From NCBI GenBank assembly GCA_009835735.1, contig VXWX01000076.1, positions 420 to 64,419 of the forward strand: a stretch of DNA of 64,000 nt. The letters run 5' to 3'. Shown piece by piece: positions 44,824 to 53,841 of the stretch. The notes under the pieces were generated by a model. That model was not told the DNA's origin and did not search any database. It was given only the letters and a program-made list of their open reading frames with translations. The position numbers were made by a program, and so were the translations under genes. The stretch is from Acidimicrobiaceae bacterium (GTDB lineage: Bacteria > Actinomycetota > Acidimicrobiia > Acidimicrobiales > Aldehydirespiratoraceae). The first letter of the stretch is position 1. Each line of letters opens with the position of its first letter.

Positions 44824-45532
44824 AGCGGGCGCGGAGGGTGAGGTTCTTTCGGTTGGTGATCTTGTAGTGGCGGTGGTCGTGGGTGATCCAGCCCAGCCGG
44901 ACGAAGGCGTGGATCGCCTTGTTGACCCGCTCGCGGCTGGCTCCCACCATGGAGGCGAGCTCCTCCTGCGTTAGGGGCATCTCGAACTCGTCCTTGTCGC
45001 CCGCCATCTCCAGCAGACGCTTGGCGGTACGTCCCATCACGTCCAGGAACACCGTGTCGGACAGCGCCTGGTCGGTCGCCCTGAGCCTTCGGGCCAGCAG
45101 CTGCACCGCGCTCCACAGCGCCGTCGGATGGTTCTCGTAGAGCAGCCGGAGTTCGGCGTAGGGCACTACCAGCACCCCGGACTCCTCCAGGGCCCGGGCT
45201 TGCGCCGAACGGTTGTGGCCGTCGAGGAACCCCATCTCGCCGAACAGCTCCCCCGGACCCAGCACCGCCAAGAGCGACTCCCGCCCGTCGTCGGACTCCT
45301 GGGCGATGGCCACCCGGCCCGACAGCACCAAGTAGAACTCGCCGGGCTCGTCTCCCTCCTCGAACAGGACCACGTTCCGCTGTAGTGACTGCACGTTGCC
45401 GGCGGCCGCGATGTGATCGAGCTGCCCGTCGTCGAGTTCGGCGAAGAGAATCGTCTCCCGCAGAGCCCCCCGCAGCGCGTCCGGGGAGGCCTCGATGGCC
45501 GTATCGGTAGCCGCGGAGGTGGTGTCGGACAT
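44822..45532 (-). CDS. Crp/Fnr-family transcriptional regulator
   Basis: cNMP-binding 'GELFGEMGFLDGHNRSAQA'. HTH 'TQEELASMVGASRERVNKAI'. Start ATG 45532 (45547 possible). Confidence 0.8.
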   Translation of the reverse strand: MSDTTSAATDTAIEASPDALRGALRETILFAELDDGQLDHIAAAGNVQSLQRNVVLFEEGDEPGEFYLVLSGRVAIAQESDDGRESLLAVLGPGELFGEMGFLDGHNRSAQARALEESGVLVVPYAELRLLYENHPTALWSAVQLLARRLRATDQALSDTVFLDVMGRTAKRLLEMAGDKDEFEMPLTQEELASMVGASRERVNKAIHAFVRLGWITHDHRHYKITNRKNLTLRAR

Positions 45533-45555
45533 AGCAACGGCCCACACTAGTAGCG

Positions 45556-46284
45556 GTGAGTAAGAGTGATCGTGAGCGACGCGGCCAATCTGGTGCGGGG
45601 GTTTGGACCATCGTGGCCGCAGCCGGGGAGGGCAACCGTTTCGGCGGGGCCAAGCAGTTCAGCCGTCTCGGGAACCGGTGCGTGATCGACTGGACTGTGC
45701 AGCGAGCCGCCCGCTGGTCCGAAGGTGTGGTGGTCGTGTTGCCCGAGGCCCGCACCGTCGGAGCGGACGCCTGGCGGTTGTCGGACCCCGACGGCGACTG
45801 CGCCGGGCAGGTTGTCGCGGTGGCGGGCGGGGTGTTGCGGTCCGACTCGGTGCGCCGCGGGCTCAGCCGGGTTCCCGACAACGCCGAAATCGTCCTGGTG
45901 CACGACGGCGCCCGCCCGCTGACCACCGACGGCGTGTTCGAGCGAGTGATCCAGGCGGTGCGCGCCGGTGCGGACGCGGCCATCCCAGTGATCGACCTGA
46001 CCGACACGATCCGCTGGCGAGGCGGAGGATCTGCCGATCGCCGCAAGCTGGCCGCGGTGCAGACACCCCAAGCCTTTCGAGCCGGCGCGCTGCGGGCCGC
46101 CCACGCCGCCGGTGCCGACGCGACCGACGACGCCACCCTGGTGGAGGCGACCGGTGCGACCGTGGTCACCGTGGACGGCGACAGCCGCAACCTAAAGATC
46201 ACCGAACCCCACGACCTCGTGACGGCCGAAGCGCTGCTGGAGTCATGTGCAACGTCCGGCGACACCGGTGACAGCCATGGCTGA
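45556..46284 (+). CDS. ispD: 2-C-methyl-D-erythritol 4-phosphate cytidylyltransferase
   Basis: 'IVAAAGEGNRFGGAKQF' and 'VLVHDGARPL'. GTG 45556 is the only in-frame start upstream of the motif. Confidence 0.85.
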   Translation: MSKSDRERRGQSGAGVWTIVAAAGEGNRFGGAKQFSRLGNRCVIDWTVQRAARWSEGVVVVLPEARTVGADAWRLSDPDGDCAGQVVAVAGGVLRSDSVRRGLSRVPDNAEIVLVHDGARPLTTDGVFERVIQAVRAGADAAIPVIDLTDTIRWRGGGSADRRKLAAVQTPQAFRAGALRAAHAAGADATDDATLVEATGATVVTVDGDSRNLKITEPHDLVTAEALLESCATSGDTGDSHG

Positions 46285-46801
46285 GGTTGGAATGCGGGTC
46301 GGGCAGGGCTTCGACGTACACCGCTACAGCGACGACCCCGAGCGGGCGCTCGTCCTGGGCGGGGTGCGCTTCGACGGCGAGCGCGGCCTGCACGGCCACT
46401 CCGACGCCGACGTCGTGGCTCACGCCTGCATCGATGCGCTGCTGGCCGGAGCAGGCCTTCCGGACATCGGCCAGATGTTCAGCGACCGCGATCCGGCCTG
46501 GGCCGGCGCCGACAGCATCGACTTGCTTCGTCGAGCCGCCGGTGCGGTACGGGAGGCGGGATGGGACCCTGTGAACCTGTCGTGCACGGTGGTTCTCGAC
46601 TCGCCCAAGCTGGCGCCTCACCGGGAGGTCATGCAGCAGCGCCTCAGTGCCGCGGCTGGCGCGCCCGTGACCGTCACTGGCCGCAGCACCGAGGGCGTGG
46701 GTGCGCTGGGTCGCGGTGAGGGAGTGGCCGCCATGGCGGTGGCTCTAGTGGCACGACGGTCCGAGGATCCCGAGGGGACCGGGGCCGGTGGGCCGCGCTA
46801 A
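46277..46801 (+). CDS. ispF: 2-C-methyl-D-erythritol 2,4-cyclodiphosphate synthase
   Basis: 'GQGFDVHRY', 'HSDADVVAHACIDALL', 'LDSPKLAPH'. Start ATG 46277 overlaps the ispD end (ATG 46292 is an alternative). Confidence 0.85.
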   Translation: MAEVGMRVGQGFDVHRYSDDPERALVLGGVRFDGERGLHGHSDADVVAHACIDALLAGAGLPDIGQMFSDRDPAWAGADSIDLLRRAAGAVREAGWDPVNLSCTVVLDSPKLAPHREVMQQRLSAAAGAPVTVTGRSTEGVGALGRGEGVAAMAVALVARRSEDPEGTGAGGPR

Positions 46802-47663
46802 CCGCTCGAACCGCCCCCGCCCGGGACAGGCACGGCGCTCGCGAGTGCCCGCCGGCCGGCCGCGTGCCGCGACATCGGCGGGACGGGACCGCAGCGGTCT
46901 GGGCGGGGAACAGGTAGAGGGGCGCCAAGCTGTGCGGGAGCTGTTGCTGGCGGGCCGGCGGCGAACTCGCACGGTCATGATCGCCAAAGGTCTCGATCCA
47001 GCCCCCATCGTCGAGCACATCGTCGAGCTGGCTCGCGAGCAGCGGGCCGCGATCCGCGAGGTCAGCCGTTCCGAGCTCGATGCCACCGCCCGGACCGAAT
47101 CACCCCAGGGCGTCGTTGCCGTTGCCGATCCGCTGCCCGAGGTGGAGGTGTCCGAGCTGACTGAGGCACGGCCGGAGAACGCCGCCGGTCGTGGCGGTCA
47201 TCCGGCCGGCGCGCCCTTCCTGCTTGCTCTGGACGGAATCACCGATCCAGGCAATTTCGGTGCGGTGCTGCGCACCGCCGAGTGTGCCGGAGTGACCGGG
47301 GTGGTGCTGCCGCGCCATCGCTCCGCCCGGATCACTCCCACGGTGGCCAAGGCGGCTGCGGGCGCAGTGGAGCACCTGAGGTTCGCAGTGGTGCCCGGCA
47401 TCCCGTCGGCGTTGCGCACGCTGAGCAGCCACGACGTCTGGACGGTCGGACTCGATGCGGCCGGTCCTCGTCCCCTGCACGATCTCGATCTCGCGGGCGA
47501 GGCGGTGGCGCTGGTTCTGGGCTCCGAGGGCAGGGGACTGTCACGGCTGGTCGCCCAGCGCTGCGACGTGCTGGCCTCCATCCCGCTGCGCGGCACGCTG
47601 GGCTCTCTCAACGTCGCCGCCGCGGCTGCGGTGGCCTGCTTCGAGATCGCCCGCCGCCGCTAG
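46788..47663 (+). CDS. rlmB: SpoU/TrmH-family 23S rRNA 2'-O-methyltransferase (RlmB-like)
   Basis: 'EGRQAVRELL', 'ITDPGNFGAVLRTAE', 'LVLGSEGRGLS', 'IPLRGTLGSLNVAAAAAV'. Confidence 0.8.
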   Translation: MGRANRSNRPRPGQARRSRVPAGRPRAATSAGRDRSGLGGEQVEGRQAVRELLLAGRRRTRTVMIAKGLDPAPIVEHIVELAREQRAAIREVSRSELDATARTESPQGVVAVADPLPEVEVSELTEARPENAAGRGGHPAGAPFLLALDGITDPGNFGAVLRTAECAGVTGVVLPRHRSARITPTVAKAAAGAVEHLRFAVVPGIPSALRTLSSHDVWTVGLDAAGPRPLHDLDLAGEAVALVLGSEGRGLSRLVAQRCDVLASIPLRGTLGSLNVAAAAAVACFEIARRR

Positions 47664-47665
47664 CC

Positions 47666-48916
47666 CTAACCCATGTTGGCAAGGGCCGCCATTGCCTCGG
47701 CGGGGCGGCCTGCGATCACGCCGTCCACACCCAGGGCGAACAGTTCGGCGTAGAACTCCCGGGTTTCCACCACATCGGTCCCGCTCAGCCAAACCCACAC
47801 CTCGCGACCCTCGTCGTGGACCCGGGCCACCGTGTCGGCTGTCACCACCGGGATCCCCTGGTAGGTGAAGGGAACCTGCACAACCGAGATCCGGTCGTCA
47901 AGAGCCGAGCCGCCCGTGAACCAGCCCAGCAGTGCCGCCTCACCCGGGGTGGTCGCAACCGACGGCGCTATGCGGTTGAAAGTCTCCAGCACCTCGTCGT
48001 TGAAGCAGGCCACGATCACCGAGTCCTCCCGACCGAGGTCGGCGATCTCGGCCGCCAGCACCTCGGCCCCGGCTATGCCGGTGGCTAGGTCCTCCTGGCC
48101 GTCGGGGCCCCGTTGGAGCTTGATCTCCACGTCCAGGACATGGTCGGGGAACCGCTCAGCCACCTCCCGGAACGTCGCCACCCGGAAGTCGTCAGGCCCG
48201 AAGCCCTCAGGCGGCTCGACCGCCCCGGTGCGCACGCCCCGGAACACGTAGTCCTCGGCGGGCCGGGTCTGGTCTCCCCAGAAGCCCGCCACGAACCAGT
48301 GGGCGTTGTCGAGGGCCTTGATCTCGGCGAGCGTCAGTTCGTTGACCGGTCCGGAGGCCTCCGTGGTGCGGTCGACGGTGTCGTCGTGCTGGACGATCAG
48401 GGCCCCGTCGGCGGTCAGCATCACGTCGAGCTCGAGGATGTCGGAACCGGCCGCCGCCGACTGGGTGTACGCGTACAAGGTGGAATGGGGGTAGTCCTGG
48501 TCGCCGGCCGCGTGGGCGATCACCAGCGGGCGCTCCAGCGCGATCAGTCCTGCGACCGTGGAGGCCTCCGGCTGCGGAACCGCCACGGTGGTGGTCGTCG
48601 GCGGGGGCGCAGTGGTGGTCGTGGCGACGGTTGTCGTGGTCGACGTAGTGGTGATGGCAGCCGTTGTCGTGGTGACTGCTGTAGTGGAGGTCGGTGCCGT
48701 GGTCGGCGGGGCCGTGGTGGTCGAGGCCGGCGCGGCGGCAGTCGAGCTGGTCGACTCCGACGGCGCCGGCGCGGCCTCCTGCGGCTCCCCGCCGTCGCCG
48801 GAGCCTCCGCCGCAGGCCGCGGCGAGGATGGCTGCAGTCGCGGTGAGGATGGCGGCCCGCGCCGCGACCGGGCTTCGTTTCCGCGCCGCGGTCGCCGTCC
48901 GACGGGTCGGTGCCAT
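47666..48916 (-). CDS. Glycerophosphodiester phosphodiesterase-family lipoprotein with a Thr/Ala/Pro-rich linker
   Basis: Lipobox 'LAAACGG', a T/A/P-rich linker of about 60 aa, then GDPD 'ILELDVMLTADGALIVQHDDTVDRTT'. Confidence 0.75.
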   Translation of the reverse strand: MAPTRRTATAARKRSPVAARAAILTATAAILAAACGGGSGDGGEPQEAAPAPSESTSSTAAAPASTTTAPPTTAPTSTTAVTTTTAAITTTSTTTTVATTTTAPPPTTTTVAVPQPEASTVAGLIALERPLVIAHAAGDQDYPHSTLYAYTQSAAAGSDILELDVMLTADGALIVQHDDTVDRTTEASGPVNELTLAEIKALDNAHWFVAGFWGDQTRPAEDYVFRGVRTGAVEPPEGFGPDDFRVATFREVAERFPDHVLDVEIKLQRGPDGQEDLATGIAGAEVLAAEIADLGREDSVIVACFNDEVLETFNRIAPSVATTPGEAALLGWFTGGSALDDRISVVQVPFTYQGIPVVTADTVARVHDEGREVWVWLSGTDVVETREFYAELFALGVDGVIAGRPAEAMAALANMG

Positions 48917-48950
48917 CGTGGCTGACGCTAGCTGGTCGTGCGTCGCCGGG

Positions 48951-48985
48951 AATTAGCAGCGTCTTGCACGGTATGCGTGCATTGA
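48951..48985 (+). repeat. REP-like repeat, copy 6 (truncated, right arm missing)
   Basis: AATTaGCAGC gtct TGCACG gtatg CGTGCA ttga. It ends exactly at the stop codon of the SDR gene (48986). Confidence 0.7.
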
Positions 48986-49783
48986 TCAGTCGGCGAAGCC
49001 GATGCCGCCCCCGACGGCCACGGTCGCGCCGGTGAGGTAGGAGCCGGCCCGCGACGCCAGGTAGACCGCGGCTCCCGCCATGTCGTCTGGCTGACCGATC
49101 CTGCCCAGTGGGACCATGTCGGCCAGCTCGGCCCGGGCCGTCGGATCGTCGAGGATGAAGGCCATCATCTTCGAGTCGAACGGCCCCGGAGCGATGGCGT
49201 TGACGGTGATGTGCTCACGGGCGAGTCGCTTGGCGAGATGGCGCGTGAGGTGGATGATCCCGGCCTTCGACGCCGAGTACGAGTAGGTCTCCATGTCGGG
49301 CACCTTCAGCCCGTCTACCGAGGCGACGTTGATCACGCGGGCCGGTGCCTCCGGTCGGGCCGCGGCCCGCAGCAGGTCGAGCAGCTTCTGGGTGAGGAAG
49401 AACGGTCCCCGAACGTTGGTGTCCATCACCTTGTTCCAGCCGTCCACCGGGAACTCGTCCAACCGGGCGCCCCAGCTGGCACCAGCGTTGTTGACGAGGA
49501 TGTCCAGCGACTCCCACCGCTTCGCCACCTCGGCGGCGAGCGCGTGGCAGCCATCGGGGGTGGCCAGGTCGGCCTGCACGGCCTCGCACGGGCCCAGTGC
49601 AGACAGCTCCTCCGCGGCCGCGGCGAGCTGGTCCGCCTTGCGGGCCGAGACGATCACCCGGCAGCCGGCGTCGAGCAGCCCGCCGGCGATCATGCGGCCG
49701 ATGCCCCGGCTCCCCCCGGTCACGACAGCCGTCCTGTCGTCCAGTCCGAACAGCTCGGTCAATCGATCGATGTTCATCGTCAT
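48986..49783 (-). CDS. SDR-family oxidoreductase
   Basis: 'VTGGSRGIG', 'YSASKAG', 'NAIAPGPF'. 265 aa. Confidence 0.85.
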   Translation of the reverse strand: MTMNIDRLTELFGLDDRTAVVTGGSRGIGRMIAGGLLDAGCRVIVSARKADQLAAAAEELSALGPCEAVQADLATPDGCHALAAEVAKRWESLDILVNNAGASWGARLDEFPVDGWNKVMDTNVRGPFFLTQKLLDLLRAAARPEAPARVINVASVDGLKVPDMETYSYSASKAGIIHLTRHLAKRLAREHITVNAIAPGPFDSKMMAFILDDPTARAELADMVPLGRIGQPDDMAGAAVYLASRAGSYLTGATVAVGGGIGFAD

Positions 49784-49835
49784 CTGCGGTCATCCTCCCG
49801 CGGTCGGCCTAGAAAGACGGGGCAGGGCCGCCATC

Positions 49836-49904
49836 TTGGCAGACAAGAGACCAGTCCCCACGCACGGTGGAGACGGCGCCCATACGGCCTCCTCCGCTGC
49901 CAGT
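49836..49904 (+). repeat. Possible degenerate REP-like copy with an enlarged interior
   Basis: cTTGGCAGa ... acggcgcccatacggcc ... cGCTGCCAGTg followed by cggggg. The arms and 3' tail resemble the family, but the interior is about 53 nt instead of 26. Confidence 0.3.
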
Positions 49905-49927
49905 GCGGGGGCGAGCAGGCCTGCCGC

Positions 49928-51130
49928 TCAGGCGAGGCGGACGGGCAGCGACTTGAGCGCGTTGTTGAGGTTCGAACGCTGCCGTCGGGGCGGGCCCGCG
50001 AGTTCTATGTGCTCGTAGCGGGCCAGGAGTTCCTCGAAGAAGACCCTGCCTTCGAGCCGGGCGAGATGCACGCCAAGGCAGAAGTGGGTGCCGATGCCGA
50101 ACGACAGGTGATGATTCGGGTTCCGGGTGATGTCGAAGGACTGCGGATCATCGAACACGGCCTCGTCCCGGTTGGCCGACGTGTAGATCATCGCCACCTT
50201 GTCGCCCGCCGCGATCGGCTGGTCCGCGATCTCGGTGTCGACCACCGCGGTGCGGCGGAAGTAGTGCAGCGGGTTGGACCAGCGGAGCACCTCCTCCACC
50301 ATGGCCGGTATCGCATCTGAGCGTCGGCGCACCTGTTCCATCTGATCGGCGTGCTGCAGCAGGGCCAGCAGGCCGCTCGACAGCATCGTGCGGGTGGTGT
50401 CGTTGCCGGCCGTCACCAGTTGCACGAAGAAGCGGCCGAAGTCCACATCGGTCATCAGGTGGCCGTCAAAATGGCTGCCGAGCAGCACGTCGGTCAGATC
50501 CCCCTGGAGCGGCATGGCGCGCCGACGGGTCGCGAACCCCATGGCGTACATGGCCATCTCCATGCTGGAAGAACCCCGCTCGGCCGGATCCGCAATGTCG
50601 GGGTCCTGGCCGCCGGAGTTGCGCTCGGCCATGGCGTGGATGGCCGGCCAGTCCTCGCGGGGCAGCCCGAGCAGCTGGCCGACCACTTCGCTGGGCAGAT
50701 GGGCGCACACGTCGTGGACGAATTCCACTTCGCCGCCGATGCCGGTCCGGTCGAGGATCCCGACCGTGATGGTCCGGATCTGGTCCTCCATCCTGCCGAT
50801 CACCCGGGCCTTGAACTCCGGCGACACCGGTTTGCGGTAGGCGGTGTGGCGGGGCGGGTCCATGGCCAGAAGCATGTCCCGCATGGCTTCGAGGCTGGCC
50901 GGCTCTAGATCCTCGATGACCACCCCGCCCTCGGAGGCCGAGAACACTTCGGGGTGGCGAGCGACATGAACGACGTCGGCGTGGCGCAGCACAGCCCAGT
51001 AGCCCGCTTGTTCGGGTACCTCCTGCCAGCACACCGGGTGCTCGCGGCGCAGGCGGGTGAAGAGCTCGTGCGGTGGGCCGGCGACATAGGCGTCCGGCGA
51101 GTAGATGTCCACGGCGGCGGTGTCGGGCAT
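49928..51130 (-). CDS. Cytochrome P450
   Basis: Heme loop 'FGIGTHFCLG', I-helix 'AGNDTT', 'EEVLRW' (ExxR). 400 aa. Confidence 0.9.
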   Translation of the reverse strand: MPDTAAVDIYSPDAYVAGPPHELFTRLRREHPVCWQEVPEQAGYWAVLRHADVVHVARHPEVFSASEGGVVIEDLEPASLEAMRDMLLAMDPPRHTAYRKPVSPEFKARVIGRMEDQIRTITVGILDRTGIGGEVEFVHDVCAHLPSEVVGQLLGLPREDWPAIHAMAERNSGGQDPDIADPAERGSSSMEMAMYAMGFATRRRAMPLQGDLTDVLLGSHFDGHLMTDVDFGRFFVQLVTAGNDTTRTMLSSGLLALLQHADQMEQVRRRSDAIPAMVEEVLRWSNPLHYFRRTAVVDTEIADQPIAAGDKVAMIYTSANRDEAVFDDPQSFDITRNPNHHLSFGIGTHFCLGVHLARLEGRVFFEELLARYEHIELAGPPRRQRSNLNNALKSLPVRLA

Positions 51131-51287
51131 GAGAACGGTCTGTCTGGATGGGACTCTGGGATGGAAATGGTCGTTGTTGCGTCTAGCCTGCTATGTCGGC
51201 CCCTGCCAGAGCAAGGCGCCACGAACTTCACGGAGGCTGATCCCAGTGGCAACCGGACGATCCAGCTTCGCAAAGCGTCAAAGGGAC

Positions 51288-51536
51288 ATGGCCAAGAAGG
51301 CTCGCGCCGAGGCCAAGCGCCAGAAGCGCCTGGGACGGGGCGAACTCTATGAGTTGGAGCACGGCCGGCGAGACGACGAGCCTGCCGAGACTCCGTCGAC
51401 GGGCCCTTCCCTTAGCAACGACGAGATCATGGCCAAGGTGGAGGAACTGCATCGCCGCTATGACGACGGGCAGCTGGACCTCGAGGCCTTCGATGAGCAG
51501 CGGGCCACGCTGATGGCCCAGATCTCCGTCGACTGA
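51288..51536 (+). CDS. Small basic protein with a SHOCT-like C-terminus (hypothetical)
   Basis: ORF 51105-51536 trimmed to ATG 51288. 'MAKKARAEAKRQKR...' then 'LHRRYDDGQLDLEAFDEQRATLMAQI'. Confidence 0.35.
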   Translation: MAKKARAEAKRQKRLGRGELYELEHGRRDDEPAETPSTGPSLSNDEIMAKVEELHRRYDDGQLDLEAFDEQRATLMAQISVD

Positions 51537-51600
51537 GCGGCCGAACCGGTCGACGCATCCCTGGTTCGGCGTCGACGCGTCTTGTAGCTTGGCGTCACCT

Positions 51601-52659
51601 ATGGGGCTTCCTGAACTACGCACGGGGCTGACCTTCGACGATGTCCTGATCGTCCCCCGGCGATCGTCGATCCGGTCCCGCCAGGACGTCTCGGTGCGGA
51701 CACGGCTGTCGCGTCGCGTCGAGCTGGACCTGCCGGTTGTGGCGGCCAACATGGACACCGTCTGCGAGCACGAGATGGCCATCGCCATGGCCCGGCTGGG
51801 CGGCATCGGCATCGTTCACCGCTTCATGCCGGCCGACACCCAGGCCGACGAGATCTACAGGGTGAAGGACGCCGGCGGGAACCTCCTGGTAGGCGCGGCG
51901 GTGGGCACAGACCGCGACATGGTCGAGCGGGCCAAGGCGCTGGTGGCGGCCGGAGTCGACGTGCTGGTCCTGGACATCGCCCACGGTCACTCCGACCACG
52001 CCCTGGACGGCGTGCGCAAGCTCAAGGACCACTTCGCGGACATCGACGTGCTGGCCGGCAACATCGCCACGATGGACGGCGCTGTCGACCTGGTGGAGGC
52101 AGGAGCCGATGCGGTGAAGGTGGGTGTGGGGCCCGGTGGCGTGTGTACCACCCGCACCGTGGCCGGCGTGGGCGTACCCCAGTTGACCGCCATCGCCGAC
52201 GTCGCCGGCATAGACGTGCCCGTCGTTGCCGACGGAGGCATCCGCGGCTCCGGTGATATTGCCAAGGCCCTGGCCGCGGGCGCGTCCACGGTGATGGTCG
52301 GCAGCATGCTGGCCGGCACCAAGGAGAGTCCCGGCGAGGTGGAGCAAGGGCCGAAGGGCCTCCAGAAGCGCATCCGCGGCATGGCCAGCTTCGAGGCCGT
52401 CCAGGCCCGGGCCGACCGCGCCGGCGAGGACCTTGACGAGGAGTACCTGTCGTACCGGGCGCCCGAGGGCGTCGAGGGCACCGTCCCCTACAAGGGGGAG
52501 GTCTCCAAGCTGGTGCTGCAGTTGATGGCGGGGCTGCGAAGCGCCATGAGCTACACCGACGCCACCACGCTAGAGGAGTTCACCGAACTGGCCCAGTTCA
52601 TGGCGGTGACCCCGCAGGGCGTCATCGAGAGCCTGCCCCACGCCACGCTCGGCCCCTGA
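51601..52659 (+). CDS. IMP dehydrogenase-family protein without a CBS insert (GuaB3-like / GMP reductase-like)
   Basis: '[10 protein letters not shown]', 'AANMDTV', catalytic loop '[11 protein letters not shown]', 'ADGGIR'. ATG 51601 (TTG 51589 possible). Confidence 0.8.
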   Translation: MGLPELRTGLTFDDVLIVPRRSSIRSRQDVSVRTRLSRRVELDLPVVAANMDTVCEHEMAIAMARLGGIGIVHRFMPADTQADEIYRVKDAGGNLLVGAAVGTDRDMVERAKALVAAGVDVLVLDIAHGHSDHALDGVRKLKDHFADIDVLAGNIATMDGAVDLVEAGADAVKVGVGPGGVCTTRTVAGVGVPQLTAIADVAGIDVPVVADGGIRGSGDIAKALAAGASTVMVGSMLAGTKESPGEVEQGPKGLQKRIRGMASFEAVQARADRAGEDLDEEYLSYRAPEGVEGTVPYKGEVSKLVLQLMAGLRSAMSYTDATTLEEFTELAQFMAVTPQGVIESLPHATLGP

Positions 52660-52674
52660 TCACGGGTCGGGCGT

Positions 52675-53706
52675 CTAGCCGGCCAGTTCGGCGAAGCGCT
52701 CCAGGGTGGCCGGGTCGCCGCTGATCAGCAGCGTGGTCACGACCGACGACCGCCACACCTCCAGGTCCTCCGCGATCTTGGCCCACGGGCCGATCAGTGC
52801 TATCTCCTCGCACATCTGGGTGGTCACTGCCGCGGTGGCGGCGGCCTTGTCGCCGGCCAGGTACAGGTCCTGGATGGTGTCGCACTGGGCCTCATAGCCC
52901 ATGCGGTCGAACACGGCCCGGTGGAAGTTGGCGCCCTTGGCGCCCATGCCGCCCACATACAGGGAGATCACCGGCCGCACGAAGTCGGCACAGGCGTCCA
53001 CGTCGTCGCCGGGGACCAGGATGGTGGACGCCACCACCTCGAAGTCTTCGGGGGAGCGGCGGGCACCGGGACGGCCGAAGCCCTCGTCCAGGAAGCCGCG
53101 GTACATGGCGTCGTGGCGGGGCGAGAACAGCCAGGCCAGCCAGCCGTCGCAGATCTCGGCCGCCAGGGCGACGTTCTTCGGGCCCTCCGCGCCGAGGTAG
53201 ATGGGGATGTCTCGCCGCAGCGGGTGCACGGTGCTCTTGAGGGCCTTTCCCAGCCCGGTGCTGCCTTCGCCGTTGTAGGGGAGTTGGTAGAACTCGCCGT
53301 CGTAGGCGACGGGGCCGGCCCGGTCGACCACCTGGCGCACGATGTCCACGTACTCGCGGGTCCGGGCCAGCGGCCGGGAGTAGGGCCGCCCGTACCAGCC
53401 CTCCACCACCTGCGGGCCGGATGCGCCCACGCCCAGCACGAAGCGGCCGCCCGACAGGTGGTCGAGGCTCATGGCGGCCATGGCCGTGGCGGCCGGGGTG
53501 CGGGCCGACATCTGCGTGATGGACGTGCCGAGCCGCACCCGCTCGGTGGCTGCCCCCCACCAGGCCAGAGGCGTGAAGCAGTCCGACCCGTAGGCCTCGG
53601 CGGTCCAGATCGAGTCGAACCCGAGCCGGTCCGCCGCCGCGATCTGCTCGGTCACCCCCTTGGGCGGCCCCGCCGACCAGTATCCGGTGTTCAGTCCCAG
53701 CTTCAT
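52675..53706 (-). CDS. Luciferase-like monooxygenase (LLM) class, probably an F420-dependent oxidoreductase
   Basis: ORF trimmed to ATG 53706 ('MKLGLNTGYW'). 'GFDSIWTAEAYGSD' and 'SGGRFVLGVGASG' are typical LLM motifs. Confidence 0.8.
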   Translation of the reverse strand: MKLGLNTGYWSAGPPKGVTEQIAAADRLGFDSIWTAEAYGSDCFTPLAWWGAATERVRLGTSITQMSARTPAATAMAAMSLDHLSGGRFVLGVGASGPQVVEGWYGRPYSRPLARTREYVDIVRQVVDRAGPVAYDGEFYQLPYNGEGSTGLGKALKSTVHPLRRDIPIYLGAEGPKNVALAAEICDGWLAWLFSPRHDAMYRGFLDEGFGRPGARRSPEDFEVVASTILVPGDDVDACADFVRPVISLYVGGMGAKGANFHRAVFDRMGYEAQCDTIQDLYLAGDKAAATAAVTTQMCEEIALIGPWAKIAEDLEVWRSSVVTTLLISGDPATLERFAELAG

Positions 53707-53841
53707 TGCCGTCTCCTGTCTCATCGGGTGTTGCGGGGCAGGCCAGCCGAGCAGCCGCACCGTATCGGCCTTCCACACCGGATCGATCAACCGCTTGGCG
53801 TCGGTTGCGAGCGCGCTCCGGCGGGGCGAGAGTGATGGCGA

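Noticed and set aside
51540-51580. Terminator hairpin or direct repeat ('gtcgacgc' x2, CCGAACC/GGTTCGG) after the small SHOCT-like ORF.
   Set aside because: The stem is only 7-8 bp with a 15-nt loop and no U-tract, and the upstream ORF itself is uncertain. This is not strong enough to list as a feature.
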